Shown here in pieces: positions 17,599 to 29,360 of a stretch of DNA of 64,000 nt. Source of the stretch: Chitinophaga pinensis. Lineage in GTDB: Bacteria > Bacteroidota > Bacteroidia > 2-12-FULL-35-15. Below the pieces are notes generated by a model, which saw nothing but the letters and a program-made list of their open reading frames with translations, had not been told where the DNA came from and ran no database searches. The first letter of the stretch is position 1. Every line of letters begins with the position of its first letter. The translations under genes were made by a program, and so were the position numbers. The stretch is taken from assembly GCA_945885475.1 (NCBI GenBank), contig CAMCYR010000001.1, forward strand, positions 47,956 to 111,955, in the 5' to 3' direction.

Positions 17599-19977
17599 GT
17601 GAAAAAAATCACCTCTATATTCATTCTTTCGCTTTGCATTCATCTGGCAAAGGCACAAACCTATTCACAAACTATTCGTGGGAAAGTAATTGATGCGGAT
17701 TCTAAATCAATTTTATTTGGCGCCAATGTTATTTTATTAAACAGCGATACACTTATTGGTTCCACATCAGATGTAGACGGAAAATTCAGGCTGGACAATA
17801 TTCCAGTTGGCAGAAGAGCGATAAAAATAACTTCAATTGGCTATGAGGAAGGCATTGTAAACAACATTATAGTGACATCAGGTAAGGAAGTTGTTTTAAC
17901 GATTGAGCTACGAGAAAAGGTATACACTTCGGAAGTGATTGAGATCATTTCTGAAACAGATAAAACAAAAGCGAACAATGAACTCGTAACTGTATCTTCA
18001 CGTAATTTTCTGGCAGAGGAAACTGGCAGATATGCGGGTAGCAGAGGCGATCCGAGTAAAATGGTTGCGAACTATGCAGGTGTTTCTTCCGGAAATGATG
18101 CACGCAATGATATTATTGTCCGGGGCAATTCTCCATTGGGTGTATTGTGGCGGATGGAAGGAATAGACATCCCTAATCCAAATCACTTTTCTGCACAAGG
18201 TGCTACTGGCGGTCCAATTAGTATGCTTAACAATAACATTCTCGGCAACTCCGATTTTTTAACCGGAGCATTTCCCGCAGAATATGGAAATAAAACTGCT
18301 GCTGTTTTTGATATCCGATTACGCAATGGTAATAATGAACAAAACGAATATACAGGATCACTCGGAATAAATGGAGTTGAGCTTGGAGCTGAGGGGCCGA
18401 TCTCAAAAAAGAGTGGCAGCTCCTATTTAATAAATTACCGCTATTCCACACTAGAAATATTTAATAAATTAGGAATCCGCTTTGGAGTTTCTGCGAGTCC
18501 ACAATATCAAGACGTTTCTTTTAAATTAAATATTCCTACAAAAAAAATAGGCCTTTTTACATTTTGGGGTATTGGAGGAAAAAGTAAATTATCTTTATTG
18601 GATAGCGAACGGAAGGAATCAGATTGGTCATACATCAGCAGCGGCCAAGACCTGGTATTCGGTTCAAGTATGGGCGCGACAGGTATTTCAAATTTATATT
18701 TTTTTAATTCTAAAACTTCCGGAAAGTTATCACTTTCTGTTTCAGCAACTGACTTAGATGCATTTGTCGACACACTTTCTCCTGTCAATCGTTCTTCCTT
18801 TTTAAAACGGAAAAACAAATCAACTGAAGCAAATTTTATTGCGAACTATACTGTTTCGGCAAAAATAAACGCAAAGCATCTGATCAAATTCGGAGCAACC
18901 TATCAAAGCATTTATTTTGATGCCGAATCGTATGACTATTCAACTCAATATGGAAAATATATTTTCGATCTCAATGTCGACAAATCAACAGCCGATCTAT
19001 TACAAGGCTTTGTTCATTGGCAATTCCGTCCGACAGACAAAATAACTATTAACACGGGTGTGCATTACCAAAACTTTTTACTCAACAACACCTCAGCACT
19101 CGAACCACGCCTAGGATTAAGATTCCAGCTGAGTCCAAAACAAAATATGAGCATAGGATATGGAATGCACAGCCAGATGCAGCCGACCATTTACTATTTC
19201 TACGAGAGCTACATTCCATCAACAGACAGCTATTACAAGAGTAACAGTAAACTTGATCTTACAAAAAGCCAGCATGCCATTTTGGGCTACGATTTTAATT
19301 TTGCAAAATCCTACCGCATAAAGCTGGAAGGATATTATCAATACGTATACAATGTTCCTGTACAGCAGAATTATTCTTCTTCATTCTCTATGATAAATGT
19401 TGGCAATGCATTGGAAGGGATTCCTTTAGTTGATAGTTTAGAGAACAAAGGTGATGGAGAAAATATTGGAATCGAATTCACCTTCGAAAAGTTTTTTAGC
19501 AATCATTTTTATTATCTGGCAACGGCATCTATTTATCAATCAAAGTACAAAGGAAGTAATCGCGTTGAACATCATACAAGTTTTGATGGAGGATACGTTT
19601 TTAATGCATTGGCCGGGTATGAGCTGACATTAGGGAAAAACAAAAACAAAGCCCTATCGTTTGATCTGAAATACACGCAATCAGGTGGAAACAGATATAC
19701 CCCGATTGATATTGAAAAATCAAAGTCCTACGGAAAAGCTGTTTATATGGATGATGAAGCATTTTCTAAGCAGTTGAAAGATTATTCCCGATTCGATATT
19801 AAAATATCTTATAAAACAAACCGCAAAAAAACATCACAAAGCATTTTTCTTGTTGTGGAGAATATTTTCGATACGCAAAACATTCTGCGGGAATCTTACA
19901 ATACAACTACCAAAAGTATTCAGCAGGAATTCCAATTAGGATTATTTCCTTATTTTGGATACAAGATCGAATTTTAG
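17599..19977 (+). CDS. TonB-dependent receptor with N-terminal carboxypeptidase-regulatory-like domain
   Basis: GTG start, signal peptide, IRGKVIDAD, plug motif IIVRGNSP..EGIDIPNPNHF, LEPRLGLR, terminal YKIEF. Confidence 0.88.
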   Translation: MKKITSIFILSLCIHLAKAQTYSQTIRGKVIDADSKSILFGANVILLNSDTLIGSTSDVDGKFRLDNIPVGRRAIKITSIGYEEGIVNNIIVTSGKEVVLTIELREKVYTSEVIEIISETDKTKANNELVTVSSRNFLAEETGRYAGSRGDPSKMVANYAGVSSGNDARNDIIVRGNSPLGVLWRMEGIDIPNPNHFSAQGATGGPISMLNNNILGNSDFLTGAFPAEYGNKTAAVFDIRLRNGNNEQNEYTGSLGINGVELGAEGPISKKSGSSYLINYRYSTLEIFNKLGIRFGVSASPQYQDVSFKLNIPTKKIGLFTFWGIGGKSKLSLLDSERKESDWSYISSGQDLVFGSSMGATGISNLYFFNSKTSGKLSLSVSATDLDAFVDTLSPVNRSSFLKRKNKSTEANFIANYTVSAKINAKHLIKFGATYQSIYFDAESYDYSTQYGKYIFDLNVDKSTADLLQGFVHWQFRPTDKITINTGVHYQNFLLNNTSALEPRLGLRFQLSPKQNMSIGYGMHSQMQPTIYYFYESYIPSTDSYYKSNSKLDLTKSQHAILGYDFNFAKSYRIKLEGYYQYVYNVPVQQNYSSSFSMINVGNALEGIPLVDSLENKGDGENIGIEFTFEKFFSNHFYYLATASIYQSKYKGSNRVEHHTSFDGGYVFNALAGYELTLGKNKNKALSFDLKYTQSGGNRYTPIDIEKSKSYGKAVYMDDEAFSKQLKDYSRFDIKISYKTNRKKTSQSIFLVVENIFDTQNILRESYNTTTKSIQQEFQLGLFPYFGYKIEF

Positions 19978-20033
19978 CCAATCGACCAAACTCAGATTGA
20001 CGGATCTTCTTCCTATTATCTTTCTTTGTTAGC

Positions 20034-20121
20034 TGTCATCCCTTGCCACGACACGGGATCCCCTCACTAGGAAAATAGTCGCCATCAACAGGGAAATGCC
20101 TTGTCGTAGCAGGGCATGACG
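20034..20121. repeat. REP doublet, copy C (best preserved) of the CYACGACA-loop family
   Basis: TGTCATCCCTTGCCACGACACGGGAT and inverted CGTCATGCCCTGCTACGACAAGGCAT; each arm is itself a hairpin. Confidence 0.8.
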
Positions 20122-20308
20122 ATTTAAACCAACGCATCACAAGGCAAAATCAACCAACCAATCCACCTCATTTTACCATTTACCTCTGAAAAACGACCAA
20201 TTATCTCGAAGAAACAGCATTCTGGAAAATTACCGCCTTTTTCATTCAATAAATTATTACATTTACCATCCTTAAAAAAGGACAAATTATATTAAAATTT
20301 TACACCAT

Positions 20309-22648
20309 ATGAACGCCCCGACTTTATCTCTTAAAAATATATTGTTCGCATTTTTTATTGTTATTTCAGCAGGTACATTTGCGCAAGTAGGAACCATCCG
20401 TGGTTTTGTTTACTTGAAAGATTCCGGTGAGCCTGTTTTATTTACCAATGTGATTCTAAAAGGCACAACAATTGGTAATGCAACCGATGTGAATGGATAT
20501 TTTTCTATAACTAAAATTCCTGCCGGAAATTATACGATCATCATCCCATCTTCAATGGGATACGACAGCTTGATTGAAACCGTAACCGTTACTGCCGGAG
20601 ACATTCTTACAAAAAAATTATATTTAACGAAGTCGAATATTAATCTGAAAGTAATTGAGATTTCTGCTGAGCAGGAAGCGAAACAAACAGAAACACAGGT
20701 TTCCGTAAATAAGATAGACCCGATCTCCATTAAAAAACTACCTTCTGTTGGTGGAGAACCGGATTTGGCGCAATATTTACAAGTATTGCCTGGAGTTATT
20801 TTCACGGGTGACCAGGGAGGTCAGCTTTATATCCGCGGTGGTTCACCCATACAGAATAAAGTATTATTAGATGGAATGATCGTATACAACCCATTTCACT
20901 CAATTGGATTATTCTCTGTTTTTGACGCAGACATTATTCGAAACGCTGATGTTTACAGTGGTGGATTTGGGGCTGAATATGGTGGAAGAATTTCGTCAAT
21001 CATGGACATTACCACCCGCGATGGAAACAAACGAAGAGTATCCGGAAAAATTGGTGCAAGTCCGTTTGGTTCAAAAGTATTGGTAGAGGGTCCATTGATC
21101 AAACAAAAAGATGACGGAAAGGCTACTGCCTCTTTTATTATCTCGGCAAAAACATCTTATTTACCTACCACTTCAAAAATATTATACAGCTACATTGACA
21201 CGGCAGGCTTGCCTTTCAGCTTTAATGATTATTATGCTAAAGTATCTTTCAACTCAAACAATGGAAGTAAGTTAAATCTATTCGGATTCAATTTCAACGA
21301 TAAAGTAAGTTACAAGTCGGTTCAGGATATGAAATGGGATTCATACGGTGGTGGCGGCAACTTTTTATTGGTTCCTCAAAACTCTCCGATTCTGATCACC
21401 GGGAACTTCGCATACTCACAATACAACATCAAACTGCAACCCGCTGGACTTACCGCTAAAACAAGTTCGATAAAAGGCTTTAATATGGGAGTTGGCTTTA
21501 CCTACTTTATGGGTAAAAATGAAATTAATTATGGTCTTGAAGTATTAGGATTCAGAACAGATTTTGACTTCTACAACTCTTTGAACAGATTTATTTCTCA
21601 AGCTGAAAGTACAACGGAAATTGGCGGATATGTAAAATACAAATATGTATCGAAACGCAAAAAATTATTATTGGAGCCGAGTTTCAGAGTTATGTATTAT
21701 GCTTCGTTGGCGAACTTTTCACCTGAACCACGTCTTAGTTTAAAATGGAATATCGTATCACGCATGCGCTTTAAATTTGCAGCAGGTATGTATTCTCAAA
21801 ATCTTATAGCAGCCAACTCCGACAGAGATGTAGTGAATTTATTTTATGGCTTCTTGTCTGGACCCGATAATTTACCGCAGACATATACTGACATCAATGG
21901 AAAGACTCAAGATGTAAAACATAAACTTCAAAAAGCAAATCATTACGTTGCAGGATTTGAATTCGACCTTGCAAAACACATCGATCTGAATATTGAAGGA
22001 TATCGCAAAGACTTCAAGCAGTTGACCAACTTGAATACCAACAAGCTATTTGATGATACGGAAGCAAATTCAGAAACACCTGATGTCTTGAAAAAAGATT
22101 TTATTATTGAAACAGGAACAGCACAGGGTATTGATGTAGTATTAAAATACGACCACAAACGCATGTATATCTGGCTTGTTTACTCATTAGGATTCGTAAA
22201 CCGTTGGGATGGAATTGAAGAATACCGTCCGCATTTCGACAGACGACACAATGCGAACATTGTTGCATCGTATACGTTTGGTAAAAACCGCAACTGGGAA
22301 TTCGGGGTACGCTGGAACTTAGGATCTGGATTCCCTTATAAACCAACCGGTGGATTTTATGAAGATCAAAACTTCAGTGGTGGTGTAAATACAGATTACG
22401 TTGGAAGCAATGGTGACATGAACTATTTCTTTGCTGCAGGACAAGTAGAAGAATTACCATGGTATCACCGCTTGGATATCAATATCAAACGTACGTTCCA
22501 CTTCTTTGAAAACACAAAATTGGAGGCATCTGCGGGAGCAACAAATGTGTATAGCCGTCAGAATGTATTTTATTTCGACCGTGTGAAATACGAACGTGTT
22601 GACCAATTGCCATTTTTACCTTCGGTTAGTTTAGTAATGACCTTTTAA
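20309..22648 (+). CDS. TonB-dependent receptor
   Basis: Signal peptide, CRD, LQVLPGV..LYIRGG..QN.VLLDG, GGFGAEYGGRISS, terminal LVMTF. Confidence 0.9.
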   Translation: MNAPTLSLKNILFAFFIVISAGTFAQVGTIRGFVYLKDSGEPVLFTNVILKGTTIGNATDVNGYFSITKIPAGNYTIIIPSSMGYDSLIETVTVTAGDILTKKLYLTKSNINLKVIEISAEQEAKQTETQVSVNKIDPISIKKLPSVGGEPDLAQYLQVLPGVIFTGDQGGQLYIRGGSPIQNKVLLDGMIVYNPFHSIGLFSVFDADIIRNADVYSGGFGAEYGGRISSIMDITTRDGNKRRVSGKIGASPFGSKVLVEGPLIKQKDDGKATASFIISAKTSYLPTTSKILYSYIDTAGLPFSFNDYYAKVSFNSNNGSKLNLFGFNFNDKVSYKSVQDMKWDSYGGGGNFLLVPQNSPILITGNFAYSQYNIKLQPAGLTAKTSSIKGFNMGVGFTYFMGKNEINYGLEVLGFRTDFDFYNSLNRFISQAESTTEIGGYVKYKYVSKRKKLLLEPSFRVMYYASLANFSPEPRLSLKWNIVSRMRFKFAAGMYSQNLIAANSDRDVVNLFYGFLSGPDNLPQTYTDINGKTQDVKHKLQKANHYVAGFEFDLAKHIDLNIEGYRKDFKQLTNLNTNKLFDDTEANSETPDVLKKDFIIETGTAQGIDVVLKYDHKRMYIWLVYSLGFVNRWDGIEEYRPHFDRRHNANIVASYTFGKNRNWEFGVRWNLGSGFPYKPTGGFYEDQNFSGGVNTDYVGSNGDMNYFFAAGQVEELPWYHRLDINIKRTFHFFENTKLEASAGATNVYSRQNVFYFDRVKYERVDQLPFLPSVSLVMTF

Positions 22649-22696
22649 TCTTTTTTATTTTTAAAATTAAATACAACTAGTCTGGACATTTAAGAC

Positions 22697-22728
22697 AAAA
22701 AGCACTCTTTAATAGGAGTGCTTTTTTT
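22697..22728 (+). terminator. Intrinsic terminator
   Basis: AAAAAGCACTC-loop-GAGTGCTTTTTTT after the TBDR gene. Confidence 0.85.
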
Positions 22729-22824
22729 GTATGGTAAAATGGATACTCAAAAACTTATTTAGCAAAAGTTGCTGCCAGAGGTAGCCTTTAAGAAGTGTTT
22801 CCACCATTGCAAAAAACAGTTTGA

Positions 22825-24588
<1,764 letters not shown>

Positions 24589-24628
24589 CAAGTAGCGTTT
24601 CATTCATAAACGTAAATACATTTAGAAC

Positions 24629-24692
24629 GTCATTGCAACTTACGGAGCAATCTCTATAGAACTAATGGGATCATTGCACACATCGCAATAAG
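24629..24692. repeat. Degenerate REP doublet of the GTCATTGC...GCAATCTC type
   Basis: CGTCATTGC..AGCAATCTC-spacer-GGGAT..TCGCAATAA; only the ends are recognisable. Confidence 0.35.
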
Positions 24693-24734
24693 GTCAATAA
24701 CAAGACTAAGAATAAAGAAATAAAAATATAATTT

Positions 24735-25382
24735 ATGAAAAAACTATTCCTTCTTTTTACTACGATCATTTCATTTACCTTCTCGGGAATGTCCCAGTCT
24801 ATTAATTGCGGAAGCTTCTGTGTTCTAAACATTGGGAATGTAGATACAACGAACAACGAAATGGATGTAACACTATATAATGGCGACACCAACCATGTGA
24901 ACTACCCTACCATTATTGTCGTTGATGCTTTGGGCGATACGATAGCAAACAAAACAGATTTCTATTATTTGTTTGCTCACCTTGCCGGAGATACCGTTAC
25001 ACAAACAATTCCTTGCTACGTGGACAGTATTGCAACCAGTTTTTCCGGTACCGTTTACCTCATCGACAGAATATGGAATGATACCTGCTCTTTCACCTAT
25101 CCGATGTCGTGCACCGTTGGAATAAATGAAGCATTGGCCTCCAATATATCTTTTGTGGTATTCCCAAACCCGGCTTCTGCAATGATCAATATTAACGTAA
25201 GTGAATTAAAAAATAAGACGGCAACTATTCAATTATATGATGCAACTGCAAGACTAATAAAAACTGTTATAACTTCAGAAAGAACATTAGCAATAGACAG
25301 AGGAGATTTACGGAGCGGGATCTACTTTTTAAAAGTACGGATAGGTGATAAAGAATTGAGTAAAAAGATTGTGTTGGAGTAA
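24735..25382 (+). CDS. Small T9SS type A cargo protein
   Basis: Signal peptide; C-terminal FVVFPNPAS..IQLYDATARLI..LRSGIYFLKV..KKIVLE. Confidence 0.85.
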   Translation: MKKLFLLFTTIISFTFSGMSQSINCGSFCVLNIGNVDTTNNEMDVTLYNGDTNHVNYPTIIVVDALGDTIANKTDFYYLFAHLAGDTVTQTIPCYVDSIATSFSGTVYLIDRIWNDTCSFTYPMSCTVGINEALASNISFVVFPNPASAMININVSELKNKTATIQLYDATARLIKTVITSERTLAIDRGDLRSGIYFLKVRIGDKELSKKIVLE

Positions 25383-25651
25383 TCTACACGGAAATCTTTA
25401 AAGATATAAAAAATTGAAAATCTTGAAGATCTAAATATTCAATTTTAGTAAATCGAGTTACCTCCAAAAAATAAAAACTATATTTTTTTTTCTGAGTATT
25501 CTAATTTGAGTATTGCACTTGGTTTATGCAAATTCAGCTATAATTAGAAGAGGATCATCTTTACTATTTAAGCAAATCAGACTTTAATTTTTTTACGGAC
25601 TTAGCTGATAAAGAAGATCGCTCAAAGTAAAAGAAATTGCCTTGTAATTAA

Positions 25652-26998
25652 TTACGGAAACTTCACACCATCACATTCCGTGCAATACACGTCCGGAATA
25701 AATGCATTGTATTTCGTATTGATTACCCTTATAAATTCATTGGCGATAAGCGAATATCCTTTTTGGTTGGGATGGTAACCATCTAAACTATAAAAACCAC
25801 CACTCACAAATACGGCATTCAGATCAACGCCATTCCATTTTATCCCTGAAACAACATTTTTCAAATATGAATTCATATCGACCAAAGCCAAGTTGTATTG
25901 ATTCGCCTTTTGCGCGATTATGGCATTGTATGCATTGATTGCCTGATCGATCTCGTATACTTCCGAACTGTCTAAGACGTAGCGATCGTTCACAACAGTG
26001 AGTAATAAACCATACTTATAACATTTCATGGAATCAACAGGAACCGACAATGTGATGTACTCTCCGGAATGCATCTGACGGTAACCAGCAAATGCAGCAG
26101 CATCTTCAATCACAAAACCATTCCGACCTTGTTCAAAATGAATGTGCGTTAAACCGGAAGGTGTATAGAAATCATTCAATGAATCGGCTTGTGCCTGACG
26201 CAAATCTGCATTATCCCATGCTACCAATGTATAATAAGGAAAACTTCTAAAATCGGGAATATTTGCGATAACTCCTTTTGCACCATTAGCTGTCAAGCCT
26301 CCCAAAATTGTATCCAATGAATTCGAAAAAATTGAAGCAGAAGGAATTGCAGTTCCTGTTCCTCCTTTACTTACAAAATTAAATATATCTTCCATCCCTA
26401 ACCATGCAGTAATAAAACTTGCATTTTGCTGGCGAGCATCTTCATATAAGGTTGACACTCCTGGATCACTTGCAATGCGAGCATAGTATGGATTTGTATT
26501 TCCTGTTACAGAAGTAGTACCAAATGAGGGATCAAAATAATCGGACAGTGCAGCATACGGAACTGCAAAATTCTGAACACTATTTCCTGCAACCCCAGTT
26601 AAATATGGTGTAGCAGCTGAAATTGAAATCGTATTTTTTAAGGGCGATAAGGATGTAACTCCCTGACAATTTGTTTTATTTCCCAAATGACTTGGCGTTA
26701 TAAACCAACTTTCCCAAAGTTTACTGTTTAAGCCCAAACCATTATTATCCGGCATTAATGCCTGATTAAATTGCGGTCCGCCAACCAATTTAAATTGCTC
26801 GGCAAGCAAGGCGGGAATTGAAAGTGATTGCCCTTTTTTATACAAAGCGCCATCCTGATAACCAGCTAAATAATTCCCACCAACAGCGATCATTTTAGAA
26901 AAATTTGCATCACCTGCGCTAGGCTCCGGAATTTCAATTTCTGGAGTACACGAAAAAAGTGATAACGTAATAAGTAATATGGTGACTAGGTATTTCAT
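25652..26998 (-). CDS. SGNH/GDSL-fold lipoprotein with altered catalytic motifs
   Basis: Lipobox LFSC; AGYQDGALY, NFAVP, GVIANIPD, AYNAIIAQ, SLDGYHPN. Block I reads GGNY and block III reads GMED. Confidence 0.75.
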   Translation of the reverse strand: MKYLVTILLITLSLFSCTPEIEIPEPSAGDANFSKMIAVGGNYLAGYQDGALYKKGQSLSIPALLAEQFKLVGGPQFNQALMPDNNGLGLNSKLWESWFITPSHLGNKTNCQGVTSLSPLKNTISISAATPYLTGVAGNSVQNFAVPYAALSDYFDPSFGTTSVTGNTNPYYARIASDPGVSTLYEDARQQNASFITAWLGMEDIFNFVSKGGTGTAIPSASIFSNSLDTILGGLTANGAKGVIANIPDFRSFPYYTLVAWDNADLRQAQADSLNDFYTPSGLTHIHFEQGRNGFVIEDAAAFAGYRQMHSGEYITLSVPVDSMKCYKYGLLLTVVNDRYVLDSSEVYEIDQAINAYNAIIAQKANQYNLALVDMNSYLKNVVSGIKWNGVDLNAVFVSGGFYSLDGYHPNQKGYSLIANEFIRVINTKYNAFIPDVYCTECDGVKFP

Positions 26999-27033
26999 TT
27001 TGTTTTTAAAATATAAAATTTGCTTTCACACGT

Positions 27034-27087
27034 TTCTCGACTCCGCTCGAAATGACAATGCGCTGTCATTTCGAGCGGAGTCGAGAA
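27034..27087. repeat. Perfect REP doublet (24-bp inverted repeat, 6-nt spacer)
   Basis: TTCTCGACTCCGCTCGAAATGACA atgcgc TGTCATTTCGAGCGGAGTCGAGAA. Confidence 0.9.
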
Positions 27088-27107
27088 CGCGCGCTGGATT
27101 ATATTCT

Positions 27108-27356
27108 TTAAATCGCTATCGATAAATTAACGGCTTCCACGCTTTTAATTTCAGGTACAGACCTTTTCACAGATTCTTCAATCCCGGCCTTCATGGTCAT
27201 CATACTCATTGAGCATGATTTGCAAGCACCCAGTAATTCTACTTTCACAATAAAATCATCAGTGATTTCAACCAATGACACATTGCCACCATCTGCCTGC
27301 AGATAAGGACGAATCTGGTCCAACGCTTCTTCTACTTTTTTTGATAACTCAATCAT
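27108..27356 (-). CDS. NifU C-terminal domain (NfuA-like) Fe-S carrier
   Basis: IRPYLQADGG, GACKSC (CxxC), TMKAGIE. Confidence 0.9.
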   Translation of the reverse strand: MIELSKKVEEALDQIRPYLQADGGNVSLVEITDDFIVKVELLGACKSCSMSMMTMKAGIEESVKRSVPEIKSVEAVNLSIAI

Positions 27357-27494
27357 ATCGTTGCTTAATTAATACCTCCTATGAGGCGTCATTTACTTTT
27401 TTCTTGTGTTCGAAGTCGAGTATAAACATCACACTATCGAAAATCTGTACTCAATTAAGATATCCTTTGTCCAGACAATGTATACCGCTTAAAC

Positions 27495-28580
27495 TTAATT
27501 GTTCGTTACAAATTCTCTCTGACTATTGACTATTGAAACTTGCTGGGCAACATTACTTGCCATTTGCATAAAAGCCAATGCTTGTGGAGTGGTGTCTTGC
27601 ATTACCGCAGGACGACCGGCATCACCTGCTTCACAAATACTTTGCACCAATGGAATTTCTCCTAACAAAGGTACATTTAGCTTTTCGGCAAGTGTTTTAG
27701 CACCATCTTTACCAAAGATATAATATTTGTTGTCCGGCAATTCCGCTGGACTGAAGTATGCCATGTTCTCAACGATACCTAAAACAGGAACATTAATCTG
27801 AGGAAGCTGAAACATTCCAACACCTTTTTGCGCATCCGCTAGCGCCACATTTTGTGGTGTACTAACAATCACAACACCATTTAAAGGAATGGCACCAACC
27901 AATGATAAATGGATATCACCTGTTCCCGGAGGCAGATCAATAATCATATAATCCAATTCGCCCCAGTCGGCATCAGAAAACATTTGCGTAAGCGCTTTGG
28001 CAGCCATCGGTCCTCGCCACACAATTGCTTGTGAGGTATCCGCAAAAAAACCGATAGACAATAATTTTACACCATAACTTTCTACAGGAATAATTTTATT
28101 GACACCATCAACAACTTTAATAAGTGGCTTTTCATGCACAACATCAAACATGATTGTTTGAGAAGGACCATAAATATCAGCATCTACTAATCCGACTGTC
28201 GCACCTTGCTTAACAAGAGCAAGGGCTAAATTAGAAGCAATCGTAGACTTCCCTACTCCTCCCTTACCGGATGCAACAGCTATAATATTTTTCACTTTGG
28301 GCAATAATGGGCCGGATGCTTTCCCAGTAGTTACATTAGCCGTCATTTTAACATTTACAATGGCTTCCTTGTCAATAAAATGTAATACTGCATTTACACA
28401 TGCCTTGTGAATCATTTCTTTCATTGGACAAGCAGGAGTTGTAAGCACCACTGTAAAACTTACGCTTTTACCATCAACTTCAAGATCCTTAATCATCCCC
28501 AATGTCACCAGATCTTTCTTCAGATCCGGATCATCCACATTCTTTAATGCTTCTAACACTTGTTCTTTTGTAATACTCAT
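27495..28580 (-). CDS. mrp: Mrp/NBP35 (ApbC) Fe-S cluster carrier ATPase
   Basis: N-terminal DPDL..DLV..TTPACP, SGKGGVGKST, DADIYGPS, DLPPGTGD, GIVENM. Confidence 0.92.
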   Translation of the reverse strand: MSITKEQVLEALKNVDDPDLKKDLVTLGMIKDLEVDGKSVSFTVVLTTPACPMKEMIHKACVNAVLHFIDKEAIVNVKMTANVTTGKASGPLLPKVKNIIAVASGKGGVGKSTIASNLALALVKQGATVGLVDADIYGPSQTIMFDVVHEKPLIKVVDGVNKIIPVESYGVKLLSIGFFADTSQAIVWRGPMAAKALTQMFSDADWGELDYMIIDLPPGTGDIHLSLVGAIPLNGVVIVSTPQNVALADAQKGVGMFQLPQINVPVLGIVENMAYFSPAELPDNKYYIFGKDGAKTLAEKLNVPLLGEIPLVQSICEAGDAGRPAVMQDTTPQALAFMQMASNVAQQVSIVNSQREFVTNN

Positions 28581-28789
28581 GCTATTGTTTTCAATAAATT
28601 TTAATGTAGTGTAAATATACTAAAAAATGTGATTTGAAGAGAAAGGATTCCTGATTTTAAAGACTGGAAAATGCGATGGCAAAGAAGTGAATTTCAATCC
28701 AAAACAGGGATAGCGAAGGGAAAATACAACTATGCCGTTTTAACATCGCCGTATTTAGGTCCAAATAAAGTGGAATTATTTAAAAAAAA

Positions 28790-29254
28790 TTATTTTTTTA
28801 AATAGGTGGAATCACTCAAATATAATCGGGTTTCTGTCACCCATGTATACAAAATTTCTTTTTGTTCAGGGCTTAGTTTTGTATCACCGTGAATGAGGGT
28901 ATACGAACTCAAAGGCATTTCGCCCTCCTCCACCATCTCTTTTATTTCCTCCAACTTATGAAGCTTGCGTTTTAAAGAATAGCTTTCGAATTCAGAAAAA
29001 TTTAACTCCTCTTTCCCTTCGTCAACGTGATGATTCAACCACCAGCCAATCGGTTGAATATTTGTATACCAAGGGTAATTGGTGTAATTTGAATGACAGT
29101 CAAAGCAAGAAGTCTGTAAGATTGTTCCCACTTCCGCATTGACAAAAATGGTGTTTTCTGTTTCCGCTTTTCCAAGGTTTCTTTCCGGGCGGATGAATTG
29201 AATTAAAATTAAAATTGCAAGCACCACATACAAAAACTTTTTCTTTTTAGTCAT
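28790..29254 (-). CDS. Heme-binding domain (cytochrome c-like) protein
   Basis: SCFDCHS (CxxCH), YPWY..IQPIGWW, LNFS, EMPL.SY..IH. Confidence 0.85.
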   Translation of the reverse strand: MTKKKKFLYVVLAILILIQFIRPERNLGKAETENTIFVNAEVGTILQTSCFDCHSNYTNYPWYTNIQPIGWWLNHHVDEGKEELNFSEFESYSLKRKLHKLEEIKEMVEEGEMPLSSYTLIHGDTKLSPEQKEILYTWVTETRLYLSDSTYLKK

Positions 29255-29360
29255 GATTTTATATTTCTTGTCCGTTAAAATTAAATCCCACTCTCCAGAT
29301 AAGAAAAAATCAAAGAGGAAGATAGATGCTTAAATGTTACCTCATTAAAAATCGAAATCC

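Noticed and set aside
25391-25440. Two quasi-repeated AAATCTT-AAGAT palindromic words in the 270-bp gap
   Set aside because: Only two degenerate, very AT-rich copies; no spacer array, so neither CRISPR nor a convincing operator
27388-27425. GTCATTT...TCGAAGTCGAG as another REP remnant
   Set aside because: Similarity is too short and interrupted, with no partner arm
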